Made by a program: the position numbers and the translations under genes
The notes under the pieces: generated by a model
What the model was told of the DNA's origin: nothing
Database searches by the model: none
What the model saw: only the letters and a program-made list of their open reading frames with translations
Assembly: GCF_006345805.1 (NCBI RefSeq)
Contig: NC_043004.1
Coordinates: forward strand, 92,690,001 to 92,754,000
Source of the DNA: Octopus sinensis
Lineage: Eukaryota
Reading direction: 5' to 3'
DNA: 64,000 nt
Part shown: positions 13,193 to 25,335 of the stretch, in pieces
How positions within the stretch are numbered: position 1 is the stretch's first letter
Layout of the letters: each line of letters opens with the position of its first letter

Positions 13193-13389
13193 GTGTCCCC
13201 TGGTCTAAACCTGACCTTCCTCTTACCTACGATTCACTCGATCCCAGAGAAGACATTCAGATTTATCCACTCACGCCCTCCGACCAAGTCCATATCACGG
13301 CAGCCAACACTTCTTCCAGATTTTCTATGGCCACCCTCGTCACATTTACTGCAACGGTCCTCCTCCGTGTTATCTATGATTTAAGTTGA
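13193..13389 (+). CDS. EGF-CFC: Probable terminal exon of the EGF-CFC gene (linker + GPI-anchor-like signal)
   Basis: Acceptor ttgtatcattgcAG (13191-13192), phase 1 matching the donor at 7637. Reads (G)VPWSKPDLPLTYDSLDPREDIQIYPLTPSDQVHITAANTSSRFSMATLVTFTATVLLRVIYDLS*: small-residue cluster then hydrophobic tail. Confidence 0.72.
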
Positions 13390-13506
13390 TACAAAACAAT
13401 CCAAAGGAAATTCCGTGTGATCTCTGTCTGCTGGAAATATCGACAAAAGCATCCTCAAATCCATATACTCGTTCTTCACATCAGCTTTATTATTTTTCTT
13501 ATTTTT

Positions 13507-13548
13507 CTAGAAATCTTTCGTCACGCATCCTGTAACCTCTTCAGCAAC
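13507..13548 (-). ncRNA. Penelope-type minimal hammerhead ribozyme motif, core intact
   Basis: Reverse complement gttg-CTGAAGA-g-GTTAC-aggatgc-GTGAC-GAAA-gatt-TC-tag; 5-bp stem II, near-palindromic stem III, AATAAA just downstream; stem I weak. Confidence 0.65.
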
Positions 13549-13619
13549 TCTCAACCTCACGTGTCTTCTGTTCTGTTTCTGTTTAATACATTCTGAGAAT
13601 GGATTTCCAGGCAAAAGAC

Positions 13620-13765
13620 ACTAACATTATTCATATTATTTACATTTGTTAGATATTTGTCCTCATCTTGTTTGTTGTTAACACAACGTTTCGGCTGATA
13701 TATCCTCCAGCCTCCATCAGGTGTCTTGAGGAAATTTCGAACCTGGGTTCTCATTCCTAAGGTAT
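13620..13765 (-). mobile_element. Hammerhead-bearing Penelope pLTR-like repeat, copy 1 (motif 13680-13725)
   Basis: gacac-CTGATGg-a-GGCTG-gaggatatat-CAGCC-GAAA-CGTT-gtgtt; inverted homolog at 15050-15232. Confidence 0.75.
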
Positions 13766-13779
13766 ACCTCTACGCCTTA

Positions 13780-13845
<66 letters not shown>

Positions 13846-13847
13846 CA

Positions 13848-14993
13848 ACAATCAGCCACTTCTTATATATTGATGACCTAAAACTATACGCTGCAAATGA
13901 GAAACAGCTGGAAACACTACTAAAGACAGTTCATGGATTTACCAAAGAAATAGATATGAAATTTGGCTTAGAAAAATGTGCCAGAGTAACCTTGAAGAGA
14001 GGAAAACTAGTTAAGAGTAGCAACATCACATTAGATATAGCCAATGAAATAAGAGAATTAGAGCAAAGCCAGACATACAAATATTTAGGAATCAATGAAC
14101 TAGATACGATACAACACACACAAATGAAAGAGAAAATAAAGAAATACTATAGACGAGTTAAATCAATACTGAAAACAAAGCTCTATGCTAAAAACAAGAT
14201 AATAGGTATTAATACTCTAGCCGTCCCAGTTCTTCATGGCAAATACTGGGTTAAACTAAATGCAAAAGAAATAGACAGAGAAAATCCCAGCAATGCTTGA
14301 GAAGCTCAAGACTAAAAGCAGAGGCTGAAGGATTTTTAATTGCTGCACAAGACCAAAGCCACCCCACCAGAAATTACCAAAAACACATAATGAAAAGAAA
14401 CATAACAAGTAACTGCAGAATATGTGGAGATGGACAAGAAACAATAAATCATATTATCTCTGGCTGCCTAGTCCTGCATAAGAAGGTATTTATTCACAGA
14501 CACGACAGACTTGGGACCTACATACAGTGGAAGCTATGCCAACACTATGGAATAACAACAGAAAAAAGATGGTATAAGCACACGCCAGAAAAGGTCACAG
14601 AAAACGAGAAAGCAACCATACTCTAGATATGCCTATACACACAGATAGAGAAATTAAGGCCAATTGGCCAGATATAGTTGTCAGAGATCATGAAGAATAA
14701 ATGCTTTCTAATTGATGACAACGTTTCTCTAATAGAAATGGATAAACTTTCAAAATACAAAGACCTGGAAATAGAGGTAACTCGAATGTGAAATCTAAAA
14801 ACAGGAACAATTCCTATCACAGTGGGCGCATTAGGTATGATAAAATTTGCCTTACTGGGCGCTGCACACGTCCTACGCAAAGCACTTTCAATATAGTAAT
14901 TATAAGAGCATCACAGCAAACCACAGTACATACCCAAGGCACACAGAGCTGCGCTCGGTAGTGAAGTGAAAGCACGCAATAAAAATAAATCTA

Positions 14994-14996
<3 letters not shown>
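13848..14996 (+). mobile_element. 5'-truncated Dong/R4-clade non-LTR retrotransposon in a (TAA)n array
   Basis: HFLYIDDLKLY (RT), CRICGDGQETINHIISGC (CCHC), RHD and PDIVV...KYKDL (REL endonuclease); (AAT)n on both sides. Confidence 0.9.
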
Positions 14997-15049
<53 letters not shown>

Positions 15050-15051
<2 letters not shown>

Positions 15052-15232
15052 TCGAAAAATACCATAGGCAATGAGAACCCAGTTTCGAAATTTCCCCAAG
15101 ATACCTGATGAAGGCTGGAGAGTATATCAGCCGAAGCGTTGTGTTAACAACAAACAAGATGTGGGCAAATACCCGTCAAATGTAAATAATATAAATAATG
15201 TACATAATTCCTCATCTCTTAAATATAGAACT
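15050..15232 (+). mobile_element. Hammerhead-bearing Penelope pLTR-like repeat, copy 2 (motif 15100-15145)
   Basis: gatac-CTGATGA-a-GGCTG-gagagtatat-CAGCC-GAAg-CGTT-gtgtt. Confidence 0.75.
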
Positions 15233-15460
15233 GAAAGGACACTGAAATATGAACAATAAATAGTAAAACATCCACAAATCAATCCCTACTATCGAAAATG
15301 AAATAGGGACAAATTCATTAGGTAAAACATTCTGAGATACATTATGTCTGATTGAAAGTCTGAATGGTCACGGATAGGTATATTTGATTCGTGTTGACCT
15401 GAGGATAAACAACAACATTAACAGCAGCGACAACGGAAATGAACAACACCGATATGAGAA

Positions 15461-15535
15461 TTACTTCCCGTATAAGTACGTCCTCGTACCATATATAGTG
15501 AATGGAGAGTGGCGTGACACCATATCCGGTCTGTC
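15461..15535 (-). CDS. Candidate small exon of an unidentified minus-strand gene
   Basis: Acceptor attattttcAG; unique, relatively GC-rich island; frame 0 reads DRPDMVSRHSPFTIYGTRTYLYGK*. No homolog recognised. Confidence 0.25.
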   Translation of the reverse strand, partial: DRPDMVSRHSPFTIYGTRTYLYGK

Positions 15536-15897
15536 CTGAAAATAATTGTTTCATTTTATATTTCATATTTACGTATTTTTTAATATTTGTTTTGTTTCAT
15601 GAACTTTAAATGTTATGAATCTAAAATAAAATGAGTAAAAAAATAAACAAATATTGAAGACGAAGGCTTATCTTTTCTGTGCGTGTGTGTGTGTATATGT
15701 GTGTGTGTATGTATGTGTGTATGTGTGTGTGTGTGTGTGTGTGTGCTTGTTTGTTTGTGTGTGTATGTGTTTGATTAGAGATTCCTAGAACGTTTCGAAA
15801 CTTGAACTTTGTTTGAATGTGGGGAAGGCAGAAATAACGAATTGAGTACTGGCACTTGCGCTGTAGATAAATGTTTACAACCCAAGCAATAACGTTG

Positions 15898-15933
<36 letters not shown>

Positions 15934-15954
15934 ATATATATATATACATATATG

Positions 15955-16085
15955 GGAAAAAAGTCAAGATAGAAAATGCTAAAATAATTTTATAAAAAAC
16001 ATTTCAGTATCGGTTTCAGCCATTGAGACTTTTTCAACTTTAAGTATGGAAAACAATTAAATTTAGAAAAATTTTAAAGTTTTTT
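15955..16085 (-). repeat. Penelope pLTR-like fragment with degenerate hammerhead-like motif (16005-16040)
   Basis: Reverse complement ag-TTGAAAA-AGTC-tcaat-GGCT-GAAA-ccga-TA-ct; core deviates from CUGANGA. Confidence 0.35.
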
Positions 16086-18051
16086 TAAAAGAATATTCGT
16101 ATAGTGTTCAAATACAAGTGGCATCTTCCTTGTTTCTGCCAGTCTCTGTCTCTCTTGTTTACTCTATATATATATATTAATATATATATCTTCCTCTTTT
16201 TCTCAACTTCGTTACTGTTAGAGAAAGGGCAAAAGCTTGCAACGTAATATACTACAACTACTCCCAAAGATTGTACTTAGTAACCGTTAAGAAGCAGCAG
16301 AAAACACTCTGTAATACGGTTTTTGTCTTTGGATGCCAACTGTTATTTCCTATACGCTTATCCCTAAAAAGTATTTTAAAATGGCTATTTCCTTCAAGCT
16401 TCGCTTTTGTTACATCTATTCAAACCCAAAAGAATACCTTCAACACATGGCTACGATGCTCCCTCACCCCACCCCCACGACTCCTGCTCATGATCAGAGA
16501 TGCGCATATAGTCAGTCACTAAGGGACAAGCTCAAGTGGTAAAAGTCAAACAATTGACAAGCAAGTCTGTGGTACTGAGCAGAATATTTGCTGTAACGAT
16601 ATTTCTGCTTCAACGACTCAGTGCTGAATCTGTCTGAAATGTAATGGAAAATGAGTCAGTTTCAAAACATTGATATTCAGGTCACAAAAGCAAAGTTTGC
16701 AGGGTATAATAGTCATATCCTTTCATTTCTAGATAGAAGCAAATAGGAAATAACACTTACTGATCAAAGACAAAAAATAGTAATAATTTTGTTGCACAGT
16801 GAAATACACACAATTTTGTCTTTCCCTCTCACCAACATGAAACAATCCACGTAAACGTGATTTGAACGGAATCGACGTGCAAGGAAATAGGACTTGGGAT
16901 AATATATAAGGATATTATGTCTTTCCTTGATTCTTGCCTCGTCTTATCTTTGTAATTACCTATTTTACAGTGCCAATATTTTTCGAGTGACCGAATTTTT
17001 GCTCTCATTATTATCTAGAATCTGCAAGGTTACAAAAGCAACTCTTCTATGAATTCTTGTATAGACTAATTGTTACGAAAGCAAAACCACAGACGTCACA
17101 ATCACGCATCTAGAGAAACATTAAACACCCGGAATTCGAAGATTCTAGCTGTTATTTTATGTGATGTCATGTACATAATTTCGAAATTTTTACCCCATGG
17201 TGGTAGAAAGAATGAGAAGATTAAATAGCGTTAAATTTAGAGAATTCTCAAGGGAAAGTCATTTCTAACTATTAAGGAATTGCATCTGAAAACATTTTAT
17301 TTTTAAGTGTCATATATATTTACAGATACACACATATATACACACAGTCATACGCTCACACACTCATATACACACACATTCACACACACATCCACACACA
17401 CGGCTTTAAACATCTAGACATACAGAATCTCTCACACACACATACATGCACACATATACACGCACTCAAACAGAATGCATATATAGTGATATGGTACAGA
17501 GAAATTATTAAGACACCACTCACGTACACAGACATATACACACATTCATATGCACACAGTCGGTGCATGCATATACACAACCAAAGGACACACACACACA
17601 TTCAGACATGCACGCACTCGCATATAATTACAGCAGAAAATTTTAATTTGTTCTTTCTACGATTTCCCCTGATGACGCTTCATTTAACTGCATCCATAAG
17701 TTTCTTTGTCAATAGAAATAGAAATTTCTGATGATTATGTGTGCAAGTTCTGATATGCAATGAGGTAAGAATTCAGTGAATGCATATGCTGATGTCATAA
17801 GAATTTATAAACTTCGAGAGAACGTGAAATTATTCTTTTGGGGATAGTAGATCTCGAACCACAGTCTTATAAATAATAGCGTGTGGACATTGGGTTTAAA
17901 AATCCTTAAGGTCAATAAAAGGCAATGGCTACCTTTATTCTTTTTTCATTCCAAAAGGCGAGGATTGAATATTTACACGTTATTATTCATAGCTTTATGT
18001 CCTTCAAGGTCCACCATTCCAAAAGAGAAATGTATGTATGCAAGTATATGT

Positions 18052-18164
<113 letters not shown>

Positions 18165-18290
18165 TATATATATATATATATATATATTAATAAATATAAG
18201 GTTAGCAAAAAATTCTACAAAAAATTCTCGCTACCAGCGGTCCAGCGAGAAAGAAAAGATAGTCAAAGACTATATAATATACATTCAAAC

Positions 18291-18459
18291 ATATAAGGAA
18301 TGGCCATAATATGACATTGGGCTCACTAGAAAGAGCAGCCAAACTCAAACCGCTAAAAGTTTGAGATCATTCCTGCCGTGTCTCTCAAAAGTTTTAGCGG
18401 TTTAAGTTTGGCTGCTCTTTCTAGTGAGTCGAATGTTCTATTATGACCATTCCTTATAT
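18291..18459. repeat. Fold-back with about 76-bp arms
   Basis: 18291-18366 resembles the reverse complement of 18383-18459; lies between (TA)n tracts. Confidence 0.85.
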
Positions 18460-18462
18460 TTT

Positions 18463-18524
<62 letters not shown>

Positions 18525-19019
18525 GTTTATCTCCACTTCATCGTGTCTGTTCCGTAGGAACCGACGTTACTGCCATTTTTAACCCCTGGAGGGTGCCTCC
18601 TCCAGCTAGTTGTCGATGAAATCTGCACCCGATATATATATATATAGCAAGCAGGGGACCGAAGCCCTGCCATCTTCTAGCGAAGATATATATAATACTC
18701 AGTATTAATAGTAACGGTTTACTTAAAGGATTCCCCGAAAATTTGACTTCCAACTCTAAGGGCAGTATTCGAATCTTTCATTTTGTTCATGTTTACACAA
18801 ATTTATTAAACAATCACCGCTTGACAGCCGGTGTTGGTGTGTTTGCAACTCCGTAACCCAGAGGTTCGGTGAAAGTGACCGATAAAATACGTAGCAGGCT
18901 CTAAAAAGAATAAGTACTGGGATCAATTCGTTAAACTAAAAAATTCTTCGAAGCGGTGCCCCAGCGTGACACAGTCTAATAACTAAAACAAGTAAAAAGT
19001 AAAAGATAAAAGAAACATA

Positions 19020-19063
<44 letters not shown>

Positions 19064-19499
19064 TGCGTGTGTGTGTGTGTGTGTGTGTATAGAGAGAGGG
19101 GAAAATTGTTATATATGTGTATATTTATGTAGGCATGTGCGTATGTATATATGTATGTATGTATGTATATATGTATGTACATATGCAGACACGTACACAC
19201 ACACTCACGCGCACACACATAGACATACACACACACACACATACCGCTGAAAAGGAAACACAGAAGACCCAGTACAAGATGACCTTGATATAGCGGCTGG
19301 GATGGTGATTTACGAAGACTCTTTCCGAGCTTTTCGAATGACATAGACGGCTATCTGAGGCAGCTTAATACCCGCTTGCACCATGTTAGTCTTTGAAAAT
19401 GATGCTACAAGGAATCTAGATTGGAAGGGTGTGATTAATTATTTCAGTTATACATGGAAAGTATGGTGGAGAGGGTGAGGTGCGGTGTGCCATTGGCCG

Positions 19500-20000
19500 A
19501 TAATCTTAGTCTTCTGACGTTAACTATTTGGTCCATTCTGTCATAATCTGTAACAGTTGTTGAGATTATGCCTCCAAAGGCTTCCAAGATATTAGCTCAG
19601 AACACAGTCATTAGAGACTGTAGCACAATAATCTATTCAAATCTGAGTTTTGGTAATATCCAGAAGCTTCCTGATGCTAAAAATACCAAGTCAGGAATTA
19701 ATAACGCACTGCCTCATTTATCCTCCTTCTGGTAACAATTTGTCACGCGGATGAAGAAGATAATGTCATCATGCAACTTTGCTTTATTCCTGTTTTTTAT
19801 GAATATCTATCCATATACAATATATTTACCTGTATGAAAAATCAAGATAGAACTTGGAAATGATTAACGGCAGAGGAAAAGTCAAAGAACAAGTAAACAT
19901 GAAATTCCTCTCATCATCCATGGTGACCAGATTTATACGCAGTTTCAGCGCGTTTAAATTCCAAAGGCTTCATATTCCATAGTACTATTCATATAGTTGT
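19500..20000 (-). mobile_element. Highly decayed LINE RT fragment
   Basis: YLFFDFSSAVN resembles the RT motif LFxDFSSAFN; the rest is heavily disrupted. Confidence 0.35.
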
Positions 20001-21559
20001 GCTAGGGATATAGGAAATATATGATGGACCAAAAAAGGGTTAAAAGTGAAGGACCACATTATACATGTAGGACAGAAAATTACAGATAGAAATAATCTAC
20101 AAGCCAAAATAGAGCCCTGTGCAATCATCCATCTAGCCTGAAATACCAGCCAAATATTGAACCATTGAAAAATCATCTCCGACTTCCCCCGACCTGCTAG
20201 AAATAGTTGTCAACTATCCCTCAAATTACATCCTATCGTTACAGAAAAGGCTGCACTAGATAATGTTCATAGAGAAAAAGGCGTGATGTTCATTGATGGA
20301 GTGGCTTTAATTATAGGTGATCTCGATGGGGGCTGACCTAGAGCTAAAAAAACAACAACCAACCAACCATGTCTCCTTTCAACATACTACCATCCTAAAA
20401 GCGAAAGGTATTGCATAATACCGTCTTTAATATACTATACTACTAGAGAATACCTCAATATATTTTTATCCCACATTGTTTGTGTAGACAGATTTAAACA
20501 CCTTGTCTATATGTACAATACCTTCATGGAGAATAAATATTCTGTAATCAGACAATATGTTTACATCTGTCGATACATAATGTGTTGGCTAAAATTAAAA
20601 TCACAGGTAGATTACAAAATGCATTGACACAAAGCACTGTAAACGCACCAGTAATATATTGATTTCAAATTTTGGCACAGGGCCAGCAATTTGGGAGGAG
20701 GGGTAAGCCGATTACGTCGACCCCAGTACTCAACTAGTACTTATTTTATCAACCCTAATAGGATAAAAAGCAAAATCGACCTCGGCGGAATTTAAACTCT
20801 GATCATAAAGACGGACGAAATACCGCTAAACATTGCTCCCGGAGTGCTAACGATTCCGGACCAACTATATATTAATAGATTATGTATCAATTAAATAAAT
20901 AGGATGGTCACGGCTGGAACACCTTTATCGTGGGTCAGAAGGATTTGAACTGACCTTGACAACAACAACCACAACAGAATAAAAACAACAGCAACAGAAT
21001 ACAAGACGGATGAAGAAAAGGAAAATAAAAACTTGCTAGTGTAATGTTGTACTACAGATTGTATCAGTAACAGACGCCATCTCATTAATTAATTAATTAT
21101 CCAAATATTAATTAAATTAGCCAGATAACAATTACATAATTAGATATACAATATTGGGTATTGTATTTTTTCTTTCTTTTACAGATTTTTTGATGAATGC
21201 GTGTTCAATGAATCACGAAATATCTGTTGTTGCTGTTTAACCCCTGGCCAGCGCTGAGCGAGCAGGCGTAGAATCCACATCATTCTAGCCGCGACCATCC
21301 CATATTTTTTTAAGGGTGTCTAAGATTATATTAGCCAACGAACTCTTCATTTTCTAAAAAGCTAGGTGTGGTTTGAATGAATGGGATTTGGTAACTATTT
21401 CTAGCATTTCTTGTGACCGCATAGATATATTGCTGTTGCTTATTGTTCTCGCTGATGTTGCTTAACCAAGATCAAACCTGGCAGGGATCCGACGAGAAAG
21501 GCGACGGTGGTAGGGATTACATTGAAGGCTGTGGTGGAGGTGATGGTGGCGGCTGATGG

Positions 21560-21616
21560 AGACGGTGTTGTTGTTATTGTTTTTGTTGTTGTTATTGTTG
21601 TTGCTGTTGTTGTTGT

Positions 21617-21657
<41 letters not shown>

Positions 21658-21710
21658 CTGATGATGATGACGACGATGACGACGACGACGACGAAGACGA
21701 CGACGACGAC

Positions 21711-21761
<51 letters not shown>

Positions 21762-21897
21762 AATGATGATGATGAAGACGATGATGCGACGACGACGACG
21801 ACGACGACGATGATGATGATGGTGATGATGATGATGATGATGATTGTGATGATGATGATATATGATGAAGTGATGCGACGCGACGACGCGACGCGAC

Positions 21898-21942
<45 letters not shown>

Positions 21943-22091
21943 AATGATGATGATGAAGACGATGATGCGACGACGACGACTGATGATGATGATGATGATG
22001 ATGATGATATGTGATGATGATGATAATGATGATGATGAAGACGATGATGCGACGACGACGACGACGACGACGATGATGATGATGGTGATGA

Positions 22092-22125
<34 letters not shown>

Positions 22126-22160
22126 GGTGGTGATGATGACGATGATGATCGCCGCCGCTG
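21560..22160. repeat. Compound (GTT)/(GAT)/(GAC)/(GGT) microsatellite
   Basis: Directly visible, with a roughly 60-nt higher-order block repeated about three times. Confidence 0.95.
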
Positions 22161-22659
22161 CGGTCATCGTACTGGTGGTAGAAATTGAATGCCAAAAAAT
22201 GGTAGTGCTGATTCGTCTGTATATAAAAGCAAAGCGTGTATACATATATGTGTACATGTAAGTATGTATACATGCACGTATATATGTGTACGTGTATGCA
22301 TGTACATATGCACGGATGTATATATGTATGCATGTATGCTTCAATTTATGCATGAATGAATGCAAGTATGTGCGTATGTATGCATTTGTGTGTACACTCT
22401 TTTACTTGTTTTGATCATTTGACTGTGGCCATGCTGAAGCACCACCTTTAGTCGAGCAAATCGACCCCAGAACTTATTCTTTGTAAGTCTAGTACTTATT
22501 CTATCGGTTTCTTTTGCCGAACTGCTAAGTTACAGGAACGTAAACACACCAGCATCGGTTATCAAGCGACATCATCGGTTTTAAATTTTGTAACTAGTAA
22601 AAGGAAAAAGAAATAACGAAAAAAGAAAAAGGGGAAAAGAACAAAGGAAAAAGAATATT

Positions 22660-23460
22660 TAGTCAAACAGTTTTGAGTAAATGTGATGAAATTCACCGCT
22701 CATTTTAGCCATTCCTCCAAGGTGTGATGTTAGTAATTTACAAATATATTTGTCCTCGTGCATTTTGAGGACTGAATGTGTAGTAGATTCAGAATATCGG
22801 ATCTTTTCCTTTTGAACGACATATGTCAACACAATTTCTTGTTAACTAAACACTTTTAAACTTCGTATACTGGTAGAATGTGTCAAAATAAAACATCATT
22901 TTTTCTTGGCTTTATTGAGAAAATTTTATAGTTTGTAAGATATTTCCACTTTAAAATCGAGCATTTCGGCAATTTTAACCAATCGCTGACCTCCATTTAG
23001 GTAAACAACGTTCCGTGCTGTATGAATATGTCCCTCCTTTAAGAAACAGATTGGGTTTATTTACATTTGCGAAGAAAAAAAAGATGAAATACATGTACAA
23101 TACATGACGTCATACCTGTGCCACTGAATCTTTCATTTAATTGTTCTGTTGTACAACCAACATAAACTCAGTTGCCTTTGGTGCATTCTGCTGCATACAG
23201 CAAATGGGAATCTTTACACGTCCCACCTTCCGTATAAATCATAACATTTCTGTTATGATTTGTGATGGAATTGGTTTGACTCATGTTGTTGCACAATGAA
23301 AAGGGCTTACCGCTCTTGCAGCTGTTTTTCAAGATGCAGCGTTCAGAAATTCCAATGGTGGTTTTCTTGAAGTTAGAGGTAGTAGTTAATATTCCTCTTA
23401 TATTTTTATTGCGTCTAAAGGCTACACTTGGCGGCTGAGAGAATATTTGTTTCAAACAAA
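22660..23460 (-). mobile_element. Penelope-like element C-terminus (GIY-YIG), interrupted by a MITE
   Basis: FSQPPSVAFRRNKNIR...CKDSHLLYAAECTKGN*VYVGCTTEQLNERFSG, continuing after the insertion as HEDKYICKLLT. Confidence 0.8.
22799..23085 (-). mobile_element. Partial copy of the Merlin-like MITE at 52828-53268
   Basis: Starts ggatctttt and is homologous in reverse complement to 52985-53268. Confidence 0.75.
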
Positions 23461-23539
23461 GGAGAACTATTAAAGAGAATTAAGTTTTCGCAGAAAGTTT
23501 TTTTGTAGTATTTGCAACTTTGCACAAGTTTAAAAAGAT

Positions 23540-24620
23540 TCAGTTATTATCAGGTTGGCAGTATTTTTCTTACCATATAAACAGCACCCACGTGAACAAT
23601 TTCTTGTAGTGCTGATATTTTGGGCTTTTCTGGTATTTCACCATAGTGTTTAAGAGTACCATTTGATATTATTCCAAAACTCCGATAGTCACGTGTACAA
23701 CTGTCGTTCTTAAATGCCATATTTTAACACTTCTATTTCAAGGTCCCTTTATTAACTTAATTTCTCAAATGTTTTCAGAAATGTGTTCGCACTCCTGCAC
23801 CTCCTATAGGTGCAGGAGTGGCTGTGTGGTAAGTAGCTTGTTTACCAACCACATGGTGCCGGGTTCAGTCCCACTGCGTGGCATCTTGGGCAAGTGTCTT
23901 CTGCTATAGCCCCGGGCTGACCAATGCCTTGTGAGTGGATTTGGTAGACGGAAGCTGAAAGAAGCCTGTCGTATTTATATATATGTGTATGTGTGTGTGT
24001 GTGTGTGTATATATGTTTGTGTCTGTGTTTGTCCCCCTAGCATTGTTTGACAACCGATGCTAGTGTGTTTATGTCCCCGTCACTTAGCGGTTCGGCAAAA
24101 GAGACCGATAGAATAAGTACTGGACTTACCAAGAATAAGTCCTGGGGTCGATTTGCTCGACTAAAGGCGGTGCTCCAGCATGGCCGCAGTCAAGTGACTG
24201 AAACAAGTAAAAGAGTAAAAGAGTAAAGAGAGAGCCTGTCTGCTGATATTGACATATCTATGAGCAACATTTTTGTCAATATGATCTTTCGCCACAATAT
24301 CTTCCCTGTTTCCTAGAATAGCTCGATCAGTTTCAATGCACAAAACACATCAGTAGTCAAGGTGTCAGTTCCTAACTCAATATCATTACAGGTTTTGTAT
24401 AGTCTAACAGAACGGCTCGAGTGATCAAAGAACACTCAGCGAAAACAAACAAAAACAAATAGGTACACCTGAATAAATATTGATTTCTACCTTGATCAAA
24501 AGATCACAAATTTTGGAAGAAATGGAGTAGACTAATCTGATCATAATCACAGCCGTTTTAGCAGCAATATATGCCTTCAGGCAAATCAGAGCACCAGCCT
24601 CTATAGTTTTTTTTTTTTCT
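23540..24620 (-). mobile_element. Decayed Dong/R4 C-terminal region split by a SINE
   Basis: IETDRAILGNREDIVAKDH resembles TDRxIxANRPDIVVKD; DLEIEV.KIWHLRT further downstream. Confidence 0.6.
23806..24228 (+). mobile_element. Full-length SINE group A
   Basis: tggctgtgtgg A-box, gggttcagtccc B-box-like, CORE-like cttgggcaagtgtctt, internal (TA)n(TG)n, (AAAAGAGT)n tail. Confidence 0.9.
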
Positions 24621-25064
24621 TGATAGCAAGTCACGTCATATATAGATAAGGATTGGACCCTTAGACTCGTGAGACACCTGGACAACTGTCAAGTGTGCCG
24701 AGGCATTTAGACGGCACTAATTACTGTTCTTGACTAGCATCTAATTTTGCAGACCCCAAAGAGGTGGAAAGTTATCTCTACTTTGATGGAATTTGAAGAA
24801 ATATCATAAAGATATGCTATTAAATAATTGAAAGGCATTTAGTCCGCCACTCTTCCGAGGCTGCACATCCACCCAACTTTATTATTACTAATATCAAAAA
24901 GAAAAAAAATCTATTTCGTTCTCAGAAAACAGAAACAATGGACTAAGGTACACAGGCTAAAGCAAAGACGATCAAACAGTTTCATATATATATTATGTGT
25001 GTCTGTATACATATATGCACATATACATATATACACATATATATACACATATATACACACACAT

Positions 25065-25159
<95 letters not shown>

Positions 25160-25160
<1 letters not shown>

Positions 25161-25335
25161 AAGTTAATCCAAACAAGAAAGCACAATAAAACTCAACAAC
25201 GCGAGGACGTGGAACAAATATAGTATTATTGGACGCTCAGGAAAGAAGGAAAGAAGGAGGGTTAACGTTTCGAGCGGAGCTCTTCGTCGGAAACATAGGA
25301 GAAGGAAAGATCCAGAGAAGGGAAGACAGAGGAAA
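25160..25335 (-). mobile_element. Penelope pLTR-like repeat with hammerhead motif (25260-25294)
   Basis: Reverse complement gttt-CcGACGA-a-GAGC-tcc-GCTC-GAAA-CGTT-aac; bounded by (TA)n on both sides. Confidence 0.65.

Noticed and set aside
17715-17764. Splice-site-bounded segments (here and at about 39769-39889)
   Set aside because: Stops in all frames and no recognisable product; at most non-coding exons.
21440-22365. Long poly-His, Asp, Ser and Met ORFs, and the many YI/CV/MYVC/MDGW ORFs elsewhere
   Set aside because: They are translations of microsatellites, open in several frames, with no exon structure.
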